Shown one piece after another: positions 38,251 to 51,780 of a DNA stretch of 64,000 bases; position 1 is the first letter of the stretch, and each line of letters begins with the position of its first letter. The stretch lies in NCBI RefSeq assembly GCF_001194135.2, contig NC_068991.1, positions 1,487,121 through 1,551,120 on the forward strand. The letters are read 5' to 3'. The notes under the pieces are model-generated. The model did not search any database. It worked only from the letters and a program-made list of their open reading frames with translations, and had not been told where the DNA came from. The translations under genes and the position numbers were made by a program. Source of the DNA: Octopus bimaculoides. Taxonomy: Eukaryota.

Positions 38251-39007
38251 TATAAACACTGCACCCATTGCACTACACTCGATAGACTTCAGATCTAAGC
38301 GAATTACAGCTTCCATGTTCGGTGAAGGATAAACTAATAACAACAGAAGTTATTGTGGTTCACTACACATGTTTCACACGTTTTTTTATTGACGAATATT
38401 CGTCAATATATAAAATGTGTGAAACAGCTGTAGTGAACCACAGTCTATCTGTTGTTGTTATTTGTTCATACAGACACATATATATAAACATGGAAGAACA
38501 TGGAGACTTTTCTACGATTTAGATATAGAATTTAAACCTGTTTAATTTCGATCTAGTCACTACTACTTTGCTATGTATAGAATTACATTTTGCAGCAATC
38601 GTGAAGAACTACATTTGAAGTAATATCAAATTAGGATTGTTCTGCATCGAGGTTACACTATTTCCTGCAGTATTGTACATCTTTTATTGACTGAAGAACT
38701 CTTCATAGTCAGAGAAGATTTCATTATTCTTTGCGAGAGAAACTTATTACTGAAAATAAATCTCGTTGGAATTGGTTTTACGTGGGAATTTTCAATTTTA
38801 GACTCGGAAGTTGGATAAAAATTCTAAACTGAATAACATATGGAGTTCTCTCTCCATCACTCATTCTCCTTCGATCTTTCTCTGTATCGATCTATCTATC
38901 AATGAACCGTACAGACATGTATATTTAGAATCCTACACACAAAAACACATGCACACGCACGCACAAATACACACATACATGAATAAATATGCATACATAT
39001 ATACACT

Positions 39008-39095
<88 letters not shown>

Positions 39096-39229
39096 TTCAA
39101 TGAGAGGATTTCAATGGATGTAATAGAGAGTAGATGTGGTTATTTACCTTGATCTTATTCCCGGGTTTACGTTTCAGCTTATGAATAAAAACACCAGAAA
39201 TTCGAAACGCATTCATATAGTCACTAACA

Positions 39230-39900
39230 AACCAAAATATTCTATATCAAACGAATAGATCCTACATTAGAAAGACTGTTTAACACCACAAGAAAAAACA
39301 AAGAATGCAGACCATGGTACAATGAAGTACAAACACTAGCAAGTCGTCTTAAGATAAGAGAATAACTTACTAAATCCAGCAACTCTACTCTCTAGAACTT
39401 AGTAATATTATCGGTCTTTTTTTTTTACGATCATATTTTTCTAAAGAAGGATCTTCAAAACGAGTTGCATATGTTTATAAAAGAATGTATTAAAATAGAC
39501 GGAATTTTAAAGATCAAATGTAGCACCACAAAATAAGCTAGCTTAAAGGAGAAAATATAATATGGATAGAAACTTTTTTAAATACATATCCTCTGCATCC
39601 AGGTGTCACAACACGTTTTCATAAAACTAGATCTGTTACATTTGTATACCCAAAATCTCAACACATTGTGGCCCAAATAAATAGAGATGAGTATCAGAAG
39701 TTGGGACCGATGAAATAATCTTTCAAAAATAATACATTGTCCACTCGGCAGTAATTGTTTACGCAAACAATAAAAACGCATTGGAAATATTAAAAATAAT
39801 AAAAAAAAGATTAGTTAATGAAATTCGAACTATATTTAATTTGCATTTAGATATGTTATCTCTGTCGAACTAAATAAGAAAACATAACTTTCAAAGGTTG
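39230..39900 (+). mobile_element. Decayed Penelope-like RT fragment
   Basis: TLASRLKIRE and LLNPAT (compare RLINPAK) precede FIKLDLLHLYTQ, which resembles the PLE RT motif FxxxDxxxLYTxI. Confidence 0.5.
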
Positions 39901-40573
39901 GTGTTAGAGAAGCTGACTAGAAAGTCTGATGAAAATACCAGATGTAGATATGAGAACATGTATCAATCTATTAAAACGAAATTACAGAGCACCATGGATT
40001 TAGCAACAGTTACCTTTTAATGCCTACATTTATACATATACATGCATGTAGTTATGTATACGCACATGTGCGCACACGCACACACACAATCACACACACA
40101 CAAACAGAAAGGGAAGTAGACAAAGATATGATTTGTTTATTGTTCCTCTATATATTTCAGATAGAGGCATTGTGAAAAATGGCCTCTCTCTCTCTCTCTC
40201 TCTCTCTCCTTCACTCATGCACAAACAGAAACACACACACACACACACACATTTTTCCTTCAAGTTTATCGTGTCTCTTTTCTCATTCTAGCTTCCTATA
40301 ATCTTACCCTTAGTTTCTTATGAATCTCGATGTCTCGTTCTCTCTCCCTCTCTCATTCTGTTTCTCTCTCTCACTCTCTTCCCCTTTTTATTTAATATTG
40401 ATAATTCTATTTCATATTATAAGGTTTCCTTTCAGTCTGTCAACATCAATATATCTCAGACCATCTGACCGATACAAGAACCCTTTTTTTTTTCACACGA
40501 TGTAACATTCCTCGTTCTCTATTGAAACATCTTCGTACTGTCCCGCATCAGTCGATGTTGAATAAAAATAAAG

Positions 40574-40659
40574 AGATGGGTGAAATGCTTAGCGGTGTTA
40601 CGTCTGTCTGTCTTTACTTTCTGAGTTCAAATTCCACCGACATCGACCTTGCCTTTCGT
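40574..40659 (+). mobile_element. SINE family A fragment
   Basis: GAAATGCTTAGCGG...TTCTGAGTTCAAATTCCACCGACATCGACCTTGCCTTTC. Confidence 0.75.
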
Positions 40660-40689
40660 TATTGAATCCGGAACTATTCTGTTGAATTA

Positions 40690-40925
40690 AGAGTCTTGCG
40701 CGAGATGCGGTTTCCTCTTAGAAGAGCAATCTTGAGGGCAGTAAGTAGAGTTGTATGCCCTGGTAATGGCTTCTGTAATTGCTTTTATATTATTTGTCAT
40801 CATGTTTTCTGCTCCAATTACAAATGGTATTGTTTTCACTTCCATGTACTAAATTTTTAATACTTCAATTTAAAGCTACTTGTATTTGGTAGTTCCTCCA
40901 CTTGTTTTCCGACAACATTTTCAGT
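40690..40925 (-). mobile_element. Dong/R4-type LINE C-terminal fragment
   Basis: TKYK*L*IEVLKI*YMEVKTIPFVIGA...KIALLRGNRISRKTL resembles the RLE C-terminus KYxDLxIE..W....IPIVIGALG...KIALLGTARILR. Confidence 0.7.
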
Positions 40926-41664
40926 AGGAATTAATTGCGATTATTATTATTATTACTATTACTATTATTAGTCTCATCTTTGTTGCTATCCTCCTCCTCT
41001 CCTCCTCCTCATTATTCATTTATTTATTATCATTATTACTTTTAATCTGGTTTACAAAAGGTTATTCTGTATGATTTCACTGGCGTCGATGCTTTCATGT
41101 TTCCAAGATTTTTTTTTAAAACAAAATTTGATATTTTACGTGCGTGGCTTGTGTACAAGGATTCTGCAGTTTTTGCAATTAATTTTGATCCATTCTGAAT
41201 AAAGAAAATAGTTAAAACCAAATTCATTTCCATTGGAACCTGTTTTCATTTTCTTGGTTACATTTGACGTCATTTCGATATTAACATCTTGTGGAGCTGA
41301 ATGAATAGTGTAACATTTTCCTTTTTATTAATTTGTCATGTAGCCCCATTTTCACAAAACAAATATTTTATTTTGGCGTTTTTTTTTTGTAAAATATTAT
41401 TTTATTTTAACATTTAAAAAATTATTTAGGCTTGACATGATTTCTAATCATCTGAACCAAATAATTAAGAAAACTACAAAGCAAAAAAAAAAAAAAAATT
41501 TTACGAGCAGAGAATAGAAAAACATAAGCGACCATTCTTTACACAGAGTCGTGCACGTTTTGAAGATGGAATATCTTACATTTTCAGTAATAACAAAGAT
41601 TTCTTTTCATTGCCCCAGGAGCATCAAATGAGGGGAACATTACAACGACAACAGCAATAACATA

Positions 41665-41878
41665 GGTTTCTGATATAGGCAGAAGGCCAGTAATTCTTTA
41701 TGGTGGGGTTAGGGGATCAATCGACTGTATCGACTCAATTCTTGACGGCAACCAAGTTTTACAGACCCCGAAAAGATAAGATGCAATGCTGACCTCAAGA
41801 TAATTTGAACTCAGAACGTAGGATCCAAAAGGAATATCAGAAACCTTTTTGTCCGACGTTCTAACGATTCTATCAATT
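41665..41878 (-). mobile_element. SINE family A copy (diverged)
   Basis: GACCCCGAAAAGAT...TTTGAACTCAGAACG...CTAACGATTCT. Confidence 0.7.
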
Positions 41879-42402
41879 GAGCGAAATTTGTCATCGCCGT
41901 TCTTTTATATTCTTGTTTTAATCTCTCATCTATCATCCCAGGAATTTAAGAAGACAAATTCATCTTGCCATATCTTTCAGCGCATATTGTTAAGACTATG
42001 TGTGTTTGAGTGTGTGTCGAATTGGTGTGACGTGTCTGTGATTGTCCATTGATACGTGTTTGTGTAATCGTGTTTGTTTCTGAGAGTGATATCAATGCGA
42101 GTCTGCGTTTGAGCGTCGCACTAAGCAACTGTGTTTGTGTCCGCGCAAGTTTGTATGCATGCGTCCACACATTTTCACGTGTCATGTCTATGATTTTTTT
42201 TTTATTTGTGTGCGTATTTATGTGTATGTGCTTCACTACACATGTATGTGTGTACCACGGATGTTATGTATGCGTGAGAGAATATGTATATGTGTAACTA
42301 TGCGCTGACTGTGTGGTTGTATATGTGTTTGTGAGAGGCACACATGAACGCGTGTACGACGTACTGCGCGAATGTGTGAGCCATTGCTTGTTTTTGCTTT
42401 TT

Positions 42403-42816
42403 ACTTGTTTCATACATTAAGACACCGCCCATGCTGGGGCACCGCATTGCAAGGTTTTAGTCGAAAGAATCGACTCCTTGCCTACCATCTTAAAAGTCCG
42501 ATATTTATATCATCGACTTGTTTTGCCGAACCGCTAAGTTATGGGAACCTAAGCACAACGATACCGGTTGTCAAGCGGGGATGGGGAACAAACAGATACA
42601 AAGACACATACATCAACATTAATAGGAACACACACACACACACATGTATGTATGACTATATGTATATATGTGTATACATGTCTGCCAAAATCTACTTACA
42701 AGTTTTTGGCCGGCCTGAGGCTATGATAGACATTTGCGGAAAGTGTCACGCAGCGGGATTGATCCCAGAACCACGTGGTTGGGAGGCAAACTGCTTACCA
42801 CACATCCACTCCGGCG
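42403..42816 (-). mobile_element. SINE family B copy
   Basis: CCATGCTGGGGCACCGC...GCCGAACCGCTAAGTTA...CACGCAGCGGGATTGATCCCAGAACCACGTGG...CTTACCACAC. Confidence 0.8.
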
Positions 42817-43570
42817 TTTATAGATAAAATCTGTGAAAAAGTGTGTATGTGAGGACATATATAATATACCTGACTATGTGTGCGCATGTATATATCAAAA
42901 CAACCTGCGTACATGTAAAATCCGTTGGTGTATGTATTGACGCGTTCACATTTCACAAGATGTACATATGTACGTGCATATGTATTTTTATGTGTATATG
43001 GGTGATATAGTGTTTTGTGTGTATGTGTGTGTGCGTGGATGACCACAGTAGTATGCGTAGAAGTGTGGTGTATGTGTACATGCGCGTGTGTGAACATCTG
43101 CTCTTTCCTAAGCATTATTGCGCGTGTCCGCGTATTTTTGTGTATGCGTGTAAGTGTGGGTGTGTGTATGCGTGTTCATACATGTAACTGAGTATGTGGT
43201 AGTTGAGAGGAAGCGGCAACGCCGACAAAGAAAGGCCTAATGCCGTTGATGAATGAGATATTAGCCAACCGGACGTTTTACTTGGCAGTCATGTGATCAA
43301 TCATGGAGGAGACATTCCGCTAATGGCAACGTTTGAGAGCGTTGCCACTGATGTTTGCTTTCAACGTCTTACTTGGGACAATGTAGTTTGTCCGTCTCTA
43401 TGCATGTATCTATGCATATATACATGTACATGTGTATGTGTGGTATCTGTTTAAGATTCTTGTTTTAAGTCAAGGCGATACTTGAGATTTGTTCATATGT
43501 GAATGAATTAATGTGTGCAAACACACATACAGACACGCACACAAACATATAATCCTATATATATACGTAG

Positions 43571-43615
<45 letters not shown>

Positions 43616-43809
43616 GAGAAATGTATATTCGTATTTATGTATGAGTGTGTGAATATAGATGTGTGTGGTGGATGTATGTAATGGATGTTCAGGTCTGTTT
43701 AGAATGATCACGGGTGGACATGTATCTGCGTATGTCTTGTTATTCTTTATTATACGTGAATATGTATGCTATAAGGTTGTGTGGATCTATTCATTGCAAG
43801 AAAGTCAAT

Positions 43810-45250
43810 TGGAGAATCGGCGAAATGTTTTATAAATTTATACTCAACCAATATCCGATCGGATTTCAAGGATGCGAATCAGTTTTCTTTGTTCTTTCTT
43901 GGAGAAGACAGCATTTCAAAGCTTTTGAGTAAATCTTTTGTTACACCGACTTCCTCTATTACAATAAATAATATCGAAAATCTAAAGCGTAGATTAAAGA
44001 GATGAAATTTTCTCCGTAGATGTTCACAGACATTCACAATACTCTGTAGCTGACCTCTGCAAAGGTCTGAGATTTTTATTCCCTGTTCCATAGATTAAGG
44101 TCTTTCGCATGTGTACAGAGTTGCTGCTTTAATAAGAATCCTCTACCAATCCTAGTCTTTAAACATGTGGATATATTCGGGGTCTGGTGTGCCTTTCTGT
44201 GGATAGCGTCGGGAAATGTTTTAGTAACAATGTGAAGTCTTGCGAAAACATAAAACCCTGCTAAAATATTTGGGCACCTGCTGAAGATGGAGGTGATATC
44301 CTATCCGCTACAGTCAACATTTTGTGCCATTCTTTTGCGCTTATTCATCAGGTATTTAGTAACTGCCTCCTGTTTCTGGCTAGCATAAACGTATCCTTCA
44401 ATGTAGAATGTGTGCGTTCTATGAGACAGAAATTGCAAGCTGATGATGTTTCTGCTGACGTTGTTGTTGCTGCTACTGCTGCTTCTATTATTACTTTTTT
44501 TGCTGTAGACCAAATTCCTGATTGAGCAAACACCGAATCAGTCATTCCATGTATGGCCATCTCATCTGAGATATAAGTATTTTTAAGATCCCATTTTCAA
44601 AAAAGATGATATGATATAATTTGTGAGCGGTTGACTTGCTGTTTCTAGTATGTGGTACGTCTCCTTGGTTTGCTGTAAACCTAAACCAACGCTTGGTTTA
44701 ACACCATTATGTGGTCCGCAGATGTATGTAGTAGTTTCCAGCCTGTCACTAACATTCAAGCTTGACCACTCCACTGAGAACAGCATCTACCACCAATCTC
44801 AGAGGCCTTGCAAAAGAGTCGATCCTGGTACCACTTTTAATGTGTTACCACTTCGTCTGTTAGTAACATAGCCAAGTACACCAGTAGAGAACATAGCGGA
44901 TTTAGTAGTAATTCTCTGTAAGTATTCTCTTTCTCACTGTTCTTGAAAGAATTAATTACATCCGCAACACTTGACTCTTATAACAGTACATCGTTCTTTT
45001 CTATATGAAGTACTTTGCGCTGGCGATAAATAGAATTTTAATGGAAATATCCCACATACTGGTGTTCTGTTGAAACAACCATACTTATCAAATATGAGTA
45101 GTATTTTGTTTATCTCAGACAAGCCTTTCTCATGATTGCCACTGACCTTCTATATTGTTTTCACAATATCAGCATACTGCATAGGAAGCTAGGGTCTAAA
45201 TGATATTTTAGGCCGATATTACACTTTCATGCGTCCCATATGTGTAGGCT
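43810..45250 (-). mobile_element. Decayed R4-clade (RLE) non-LTR retrotransposon, RT end to C-terminus
   Basis: Motifs in order: YADIVK (decayed YxDD region); DRLFCKASEIGGR; AIHG; EGYVYASQKQEAVTKYLMNKR; DITSIFSRCPNILAGFY..RLHIVTK; WNRE..AEVS; KLIRILEIRSDIG*V*IYKTF (C-terminal GTVKICKTF-like). Confidence 0.85.
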
Positions 45251-45269
45251 TTGCTAAGAGCAGGGATGT

Positions 45270-45572
45270 CAGTGTGGGAAGATGTTTGTTTTCCAATTAT
45301 ATGTTTCCGGGTTCTGATGTGCTACTATGGGCAAGTGTCCTCTGCTATAGCCCCGGGGTCTTGTAAGTGAATATGGGTGGCGGACTGAAAGAAGCCTAGC
45401 ATATGTGTGCTTATGTATATCTGCATGCATGCTTATATGTATGTATGTGTCTGTGTCTGTACCATTCCACCGCATGACCACTGCTATTGGTTTGTTTAAG
45501 TCCCCATAAGTTTGTGCTTCGGCAAAGGGGATCAAGCATGGCCGCTGTCCAATGATTGAAACAAGTAAAACA
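45270..45572 (+). mobile_element. SINE family B copy, inserted at the end of the R4 remnant
   Basis: GGGCAAGTGTCCTCTGCTATAGCC...CTGAAAGAAGCC...GCATGGCCGC..AATGATTGAAACAAG. Confidence 0.75.
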
Positions 45573-45718
45573 AAGGATATATGTGAATGTATAAGTTTGT
45601 ATGTATGTATATCATTATTCAATCTTATTTCAACATCTACCAATAGAGAGCCAGTTTCTAACCTAGGTCCAAGGCTCCTTCATTGGAATTTCAACATTAG
45701 CAACAAAGTAGTTTTGTT

Positions 45719-45750
<32 letters not shown>

Positions 45751-46017
45751 GATTTGTACGTTTTGTTTCATGTATGTATTCTCATGCATATAGTCGCATG
45801 TCTAGACATGTTAATATATATTTAAATGATAGCATTCTGGGAAGTTTTACCAATTCTTCAGTTCCAGTGATGGATTGGATCTGTAGACTTCGAATCAGCT
45901 TTCTTGTTTCTAGTTTTGAGTAGCCTAATTTCTCACGATTGGTATTTAGGCAGTGTTACAAATCCCAGGACCCCAATAATTACAGGTATAAACCTAAACT
46001 TGTAATCTGGATAGAGT

Positions 46018-46057
<40 letters not shown>

Positions 46058-46617
46058 ATACATAAATATGTGCGTGCGTATGTGCATATAATCCAGACAT
46101 ATGTCATAATCGATATTTTCTATGATTAACACTTGGCTGTGTTTTTCTCAGATATTCTCGAATTATTTCCTGCTGTTCGCTTATAGAAGCATGACCATCG
46201 ATATATGATATGATTTAACTATCATCTCCACCAAATATCGGGAAATTGAGCAACGAATAAAGATAATGAAATCCATGTATTAAAGTGGTAGGACAATGAA
46301 TTAGAGAAACGTTTAATACAATAAATCGTGAATGGTAGAACAGGTGACCAGGAACAGGAAAATAAACCAAACCAGAAAGCATTTAGCACCTGATCACGTA
46401 TGTCATTAGTCAGATGTGTGTTATAAACGAAAGTTTACTACGAAGCCTATGATTAACTATTCTGGGGTCGATCGACCTGCCAAAAATTCCGGGAAATATC
46501 TCCCTAAAATTATACACTAATGTTTTGAAGGGAGGGTGATATATTGAATATTGTAGTCCTAGATAGACAATCCTTGACAGTTTTACCGAATTCTCATGGG
46601 TACAGCACAACCGATAA

Positions 46618-46828
46618 TCTTTTCTACGATAGGCACAAGGACTGGAATTTGGAGGGAGGAGACTACTCGATTACATCGACCCCAGTGTTTCACTGGTACT
46701 TTATCGACCCCGAAAGGATCAAAGACAAAGTCGACATCGGGGTAATTTGAACTCAGGACGTAGCGACGTGTGAAATACCGCGAAGCATTTCGTCCAGCGT
46801 TCTAACGATTCTACCAGTTCGCCGCCTT
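46618..46828 (-). mobile_element. SINE family A copy
   Basis: ATCGACCCCAGT...ATCGACCCCGAAAGGAT...CTAACGATTCTACCAGTTCGCCGCC. Confidence 0.85.
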
Positions 46829-46970
46829 CAGCACAATCAATAATGCCAACACCTCCAACACAGCATTCAAACAGTATTCGACTATCATTTTTATGTTTTT
46901 ACAAAGGAACATTACATTAATTAATGTGCTTCAAGAAACGAAATAGCAGAAAATTCCATATATATATGTG

Positions 46971-46985
46971 TAATGTAATGATCTA

Positions 46986-47033
<48 letters not shown>

Positions 47034-47088
47034 AATGTAATGATCTAGAATATATATATATATATATATATATATAATGTAATGATCT
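46971..47088. repeat. TAATGTAATGATCTAGAA unit, three copies, spaced by variable (TA)n
   Basis: Copies at 46971-46988, 47033-47050 and partial at 47075-47088. Confidence 0.9.
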
Positions 47089-47581
47089 GTGATAGAAAAT
47101 ACAACGAAAAATATACTCCATCTGGCAAAAGATAGACATTATTTATTTAAAGGTCAGAATACACGTGTTAAAGTCCTACTAGTAGTTTCATTTGCTGAGA
47201 AATACTCAAACATATTCTTCAGGCTCAAATCACATATCATGAAACATCTACAGAAATTGAATAATGGAAGTATCGTAAAAAAAAAACTGAGTAAGCGGCA
47301 TAGATATATATTGTTACGACGTGCTGGCCATAACCCGAATTTACAGAATCAACGAGGATAGGACGAACCCAAAACAACGACACACCATGAAATTTTTTGT
47401 AAAATATTATTAACAATTAAGTGTCAGAAAAAGAAATCAGCCTACACGCAAAACAAATATATACGAATCAAAAATAAATTAATGTTACACCATACGTGCA
47501 GTCAAAATATTTATAAAGGCAATACATATATAGTTCAGAAATTCAGACTCAGAAACCCGGTTTCAACTTGATTTCACAAGC

Positions 47582-47715
47582 TTGGATTCGTAACTCTGGA
47601 TTCGCAAATTCCGTGTTCAACATTGGATTTCGAACATTGGAATGTCATAAATTCGGTGTTCATAAAATCTGGCTTCACAAATTCGGTGTTCAACCTTGGA
47701 TTTCGAACCTTGGAA
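47582..47715. repeat. Short direct-repeat array (possible DNA-transposon subterminal region)
   Basis: 38-bp CAAATTC(C/G)GTGTTCAAC(A/C)TTGGATTTCGAAC(A/C)TTGGAA at 47605 and 47678, a partial third copy at 47648, and TGGATTCG twice upstream. Confidence 0.75.
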
Positions 47716-48924
47716 CTAAACATAAATCTAATGTCAAAACAACCAGTTAAACTAGAAGTTCATGAGACAAGACCGCTGCCAGACTACATCAATATTCATA
47801 GTTAAAAAAATTAAATAGTTTGCTTTAAATTCACACAAAGCTGCTTCATACAAGCATGCTGAGTAACCATTAAACAAAATTCACAATTAGTTGTCTAATA
47901 AAAAAATTTGGCTACATGAAAAAATTAAATTCATGCACTCTTTAGCTATTTATACAAATTTTAACATTTATCTTAACAGAAAATAGCTAGCAAAATTACT
48001 ACACAACCTGAAACAAATGCAGGGTTCAAAATTCAAATTAATATTATAACATAACTTAAGAGATATTTTGTACTCACTCAGATGTGACACAGAAATTATT
48101 TTAAATCTGACAAAAGTTCTGGCGAATTCCTGGAGCATAAAATAAATCCATAAATGCCTAACACAAAGTGCATAAACTAAACAAGAAATCATAGCTTCCA
48201 AAATCCAAGTGAACAATTTTGTCTCACAGAAAAAAACACCGGAGAGTACAATTATCCATTATAAAGGTTTGCCAGGGTCTAGCCAATTTATTATAGTTTC
48301 ACAGTTTTGGCTAATAACACATAGCTTCCCCCATTTTGACAATGGATTCATCCTGACTTTACGGTGCAGCATTATTTCTTTATTTTGAGCACACATTCGC
48401 AAGGGACAATACATGGGCAGATAAGACAACACAGCAGGGTACACAAAACATATAGCGAATGAAATTATGAATTATAATGATGAAATGAAATGACTTCCTT
48501 GCCCCTCCCCCCTCGCAGGCAACCTCATTTAACTGTTTATGTATAAATTTAACACTCAGTTCCTTGTTCTTTCTGTATCTCTTTTTTTGTAAGTCACTAT
48601 TTAAATTTTTTACTCACTTCTTTTACTGTATTAAATCCCGAAATGCCACCAGTGGTGGCAACTCGTCAAACCGAACCTGCATCGGCGATATCTCTGTCTT
48701 CTCTCCAAACATTTCCTTCAATTTCTCTCCTCCCTCTCTCTCTCTCTCTCAAGCCAGACTGTTCTGCAGCCTTCTCTGCGTTCGTTCGCCTCTAATTGAA
48801 CTCTACCTTACAGTACAGCATGAAAAACTGTTTACCTGTTTAATTTAACATTCTAATTTATAATTTCCTAACTATAAATATATATATATACATGTATGTA
48901 GGTCTATGTGTGTTTGTGTTTATA

Positions 48925-49113
48925 TTTTTAACCGCCCACCGATTAACAACCAGTGGTGGTTTATTCACGTCCCTGTAATTTAGCGATTCGGCAAAAAGAC
49001 AGATAGGAGAAGCACCAGATTTTACAAAATATAAACATTGGAGTTTGGTTTGATGGGCTAAACCGTTAGTGACGGTGCTGCGGCATGGCCGTAGTCCAAT
49101 GACTGATACAAAT
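48925..49113 (+). mobile_element. SINE family B 3' part
   Basis: ACAACCAGTGGTGG...TTAGCGATTCGGCAAAAAG...GCATGGCCGTAGTCCAATGACTGA. Confidence 0.75.
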
Positions 49114-49647
49114 AGGGCATTGATCATAAGGAGGTTATCGCATTAGACGCTGCCCCAAAACACGGTACAGTCGGATTGAACCTCCATCTCAAAGAACACA
49201 CACATTTGTTAACAAGCAAGTGTTAACAAGCATTAACATACTTTCAAATTATTTCTTGTCCAACATTCTCCGTAGAAAGCAGAAGAATCGGTTATCTTAT
49301 CTTCGTCCTTGACATTCATTCACTGCTTTTGTTTATTCCACTCCAAGTATTCCACAATGACGGATAAATGTCATTTCGGAAAAAGATAAGCTAAAGATAG
49401 GTGGGCGATTTGGACGTGTTTGGGCAGTTGTGATATACAATAACATAAAAGAGATTTTTGTTATATTTCGGGACGGTCATTTTTTGTTGTTGGTAAATTA
49501 ACACACTCACTGTACATTCTTCACTTCAGCTTTATTATCATTGTTCTTATAAATGATATTAAATCAGTTATAAGATACAATAATACGTACAATATTGTCG
49601 CTATAATATAACATACTATCTTACTATAATATAACAGAATATAGTCA

Positions 49648-49812
49648 AGGTAGCGAACTGGCAAAACTGTTAGTATGCCGGACAAAATGCTTACGGCATT
49701 TCGTCCGTCTTTACGTTCTGAGTAGAAATTCCGTGGAGATCGATATTACTTTCATCCTTTCTGGGTCGATAAAATAAGTACCTGCTGAACACTGGGGTCG
49801 ATGTAATCAATT
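49648..49812 (+). mobile_element. SINE family A copy
   Basis: GCGAACTGGCAAAACTGTTAG...CTTTCATCCTTTCTGGGTCGATAAAATAAGTACC...GGGGTCGATGTAATC. Confidence 0.8.
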
Positions 49813-50056
49813 TAGGCCTGAACCCAAAATTGAGGGCTTTATTCTATCGGCCTTGAGAGGAAGAAAGTATAATCCACTTTGGTGGGAACTGAACACAGAA
49901 TATAAGGAGTCGGAACAAATACGGCGAGGTATTTTCGCACACGCTCGAGCGATACAGGAAATATGCTTCGATAACTTGAATTAACTACTTCCTTTCCCTT
50001 TATAAATTCAAATACAAGTCTACATGTGTGTGTGTGTGTTTGTGTTTGACTGTGTA

Positions 50057-50112
50057 TGTGTGTCTCCGAGTGTATGTGTGTCTCCGAGTGTATGTGTGTC
50101 TCCGAGTGTATG
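50057..50112. repeat. 18-bp tandem repeat TGTATGTGTGTCTCCGAG, three copies
   Basis: Read directly from the sequence. Confidence 0.85.
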
Positions 50113-51288
50113 TGTAGTGTGGCGATGGTGTGTTATGCTGTATGTGATGATGTGTGATAGTGTGTATGTGTATGTGATGGTGTGTATGTGTGTGTTTGCA
50201 CATGTACATATGTGATATTCTTTGAAATATCTACGAGTGCCGAAGTGCTACATGAAAGAACATTCGAATTTGAAAAATGCAATAAATCCAGAAAAGCTAG
50301 AAGCGATTCTGTTGGAAGTTACCATGAACTTGACTAGCAAGATCAGACATTTTTTGCATCATTTCAAAAAGTTAGATTCAAAAACGACGTACATACATAC
50401 ACACATACATACGTACGTACATACATACATACATACGTACATACATACACACACACACATATACAAATAGATAGATAGATATGTGAGTGAGTGATTTTCG
50501 CTATAAATAGGAAAGGAATGGCGACACACTCGTTGCTTTGTATTACATAAAAATATATATATGAAAGATCATATATATATATATATATATAGAGGTTTGT
50601 GTGTGTGTATGTGTGTGTGTGCATGTGAGTATATTTGTATGGATGTGTGTGCGAATGAATGCTTATATATCTTTTAGCTTTTTACCCTCAATGAAATAAA
50701 TCAGCATATTTGCTGAAGTTTCAGCCATTATCTACACATACATTGTACACACACAAACGCAGGCATACGTGTCTGTGTACACGTAGTGTGGTACCTAGGT
50801 AGTTATCTATGTGTATATATGTATTCGTATGCACATACGTGTATGTATGTGTACACAGTAAGAAAGAAAGAAAGAGTGGATGATAGAGGAGATTAAACAA
50901 AAGAAATGGGTAGACACAAATAGAAATGATAAAGAAAAGAGTAGCGTTATATATATGTGTGTGATTGTGTTTGAGTTTATTGGTATACGTGTGTGTGCGA
51001 AAGAGAGAGAGAGAGAGAGGAGGAGGAGAGAGAGAGTACACACATATATATACGCACATGTATATGTACGCGTAGGTGTTCAGTTTGCATGTATGCGAAC
51101 AGAATTTTATGCGTAAGCTCACTTTACAGGTGCCAGCTTTATGGCACCCATTCTCAGATAACTGTTAAATTGAACCACCCTGTCACTTTCAGGCACATTG
51201 AACATATTTCACAGCATCTCAGCATGAAAAAAGAATTGAATGAAGCAAATAAATAATAAATAATGATAAATTTAATAATAATGTTTTC

Positions 51289-51484
51289 AAGGCCAGCAAT
51301 TTCGGTTGAGAGAATAAGTTGAGCACATCGACACCAGTACAGAACTGGTACTTATTTTATCGATTCCGAAAGGATCAAAGGAAACATCGACCACGGCGGG
51401 ATTTGAACTCAGAATGCATAGACGGACAAAATGCCGCTAAGCATTTGTGTACAGCATATCAACGATTCTACTAGCTTGCCACCC
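51289..51484 (-). mobile_element. SINE family A copy
   Basis: ATCGACACCAGT...ATCGATTCCGAAAGGAT...TTTGAACTCAGAA...CCGCTAAGCATT. Confidence 0.8.
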
Positions 51485-51780
51485 TTTTTTTCTTCTCATT
51501 TTTAATGCCGAGTATTAAGCCAAGGCACACCTGCAGAATATTATTACTTCACTAATCATGTGATTTAACACGATACGTAACAGACTATAAATTTATTACA
51601 CATTATGGTGTTTTACGAATGATTATTTAATCCTCGTCTGCAATAATTCCGAGAATTTGGAAAGTAACCTGTACCTATTTCAAGGAAAACAACATCATAG
51701 ATACGAAAAAGAAGTCTTTCTATTTTTAGAGGTCTCTAACAGGATAAAACCAAGGGGAGATTAGATCCGGGACGTTTTAA

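Noticed and set aside
46971-47088. CRISPR-like repeat-spacer array
   Set aside because: Spacers are (TA)n microsatellite, the context is eukaryotic, and there are no cas genes.
50222-50390. Protein-like frames (LEAILLEVTM..., FEISTSAEVLHERTF...)
   Set aside because: Short, unassignable, and without splice support.
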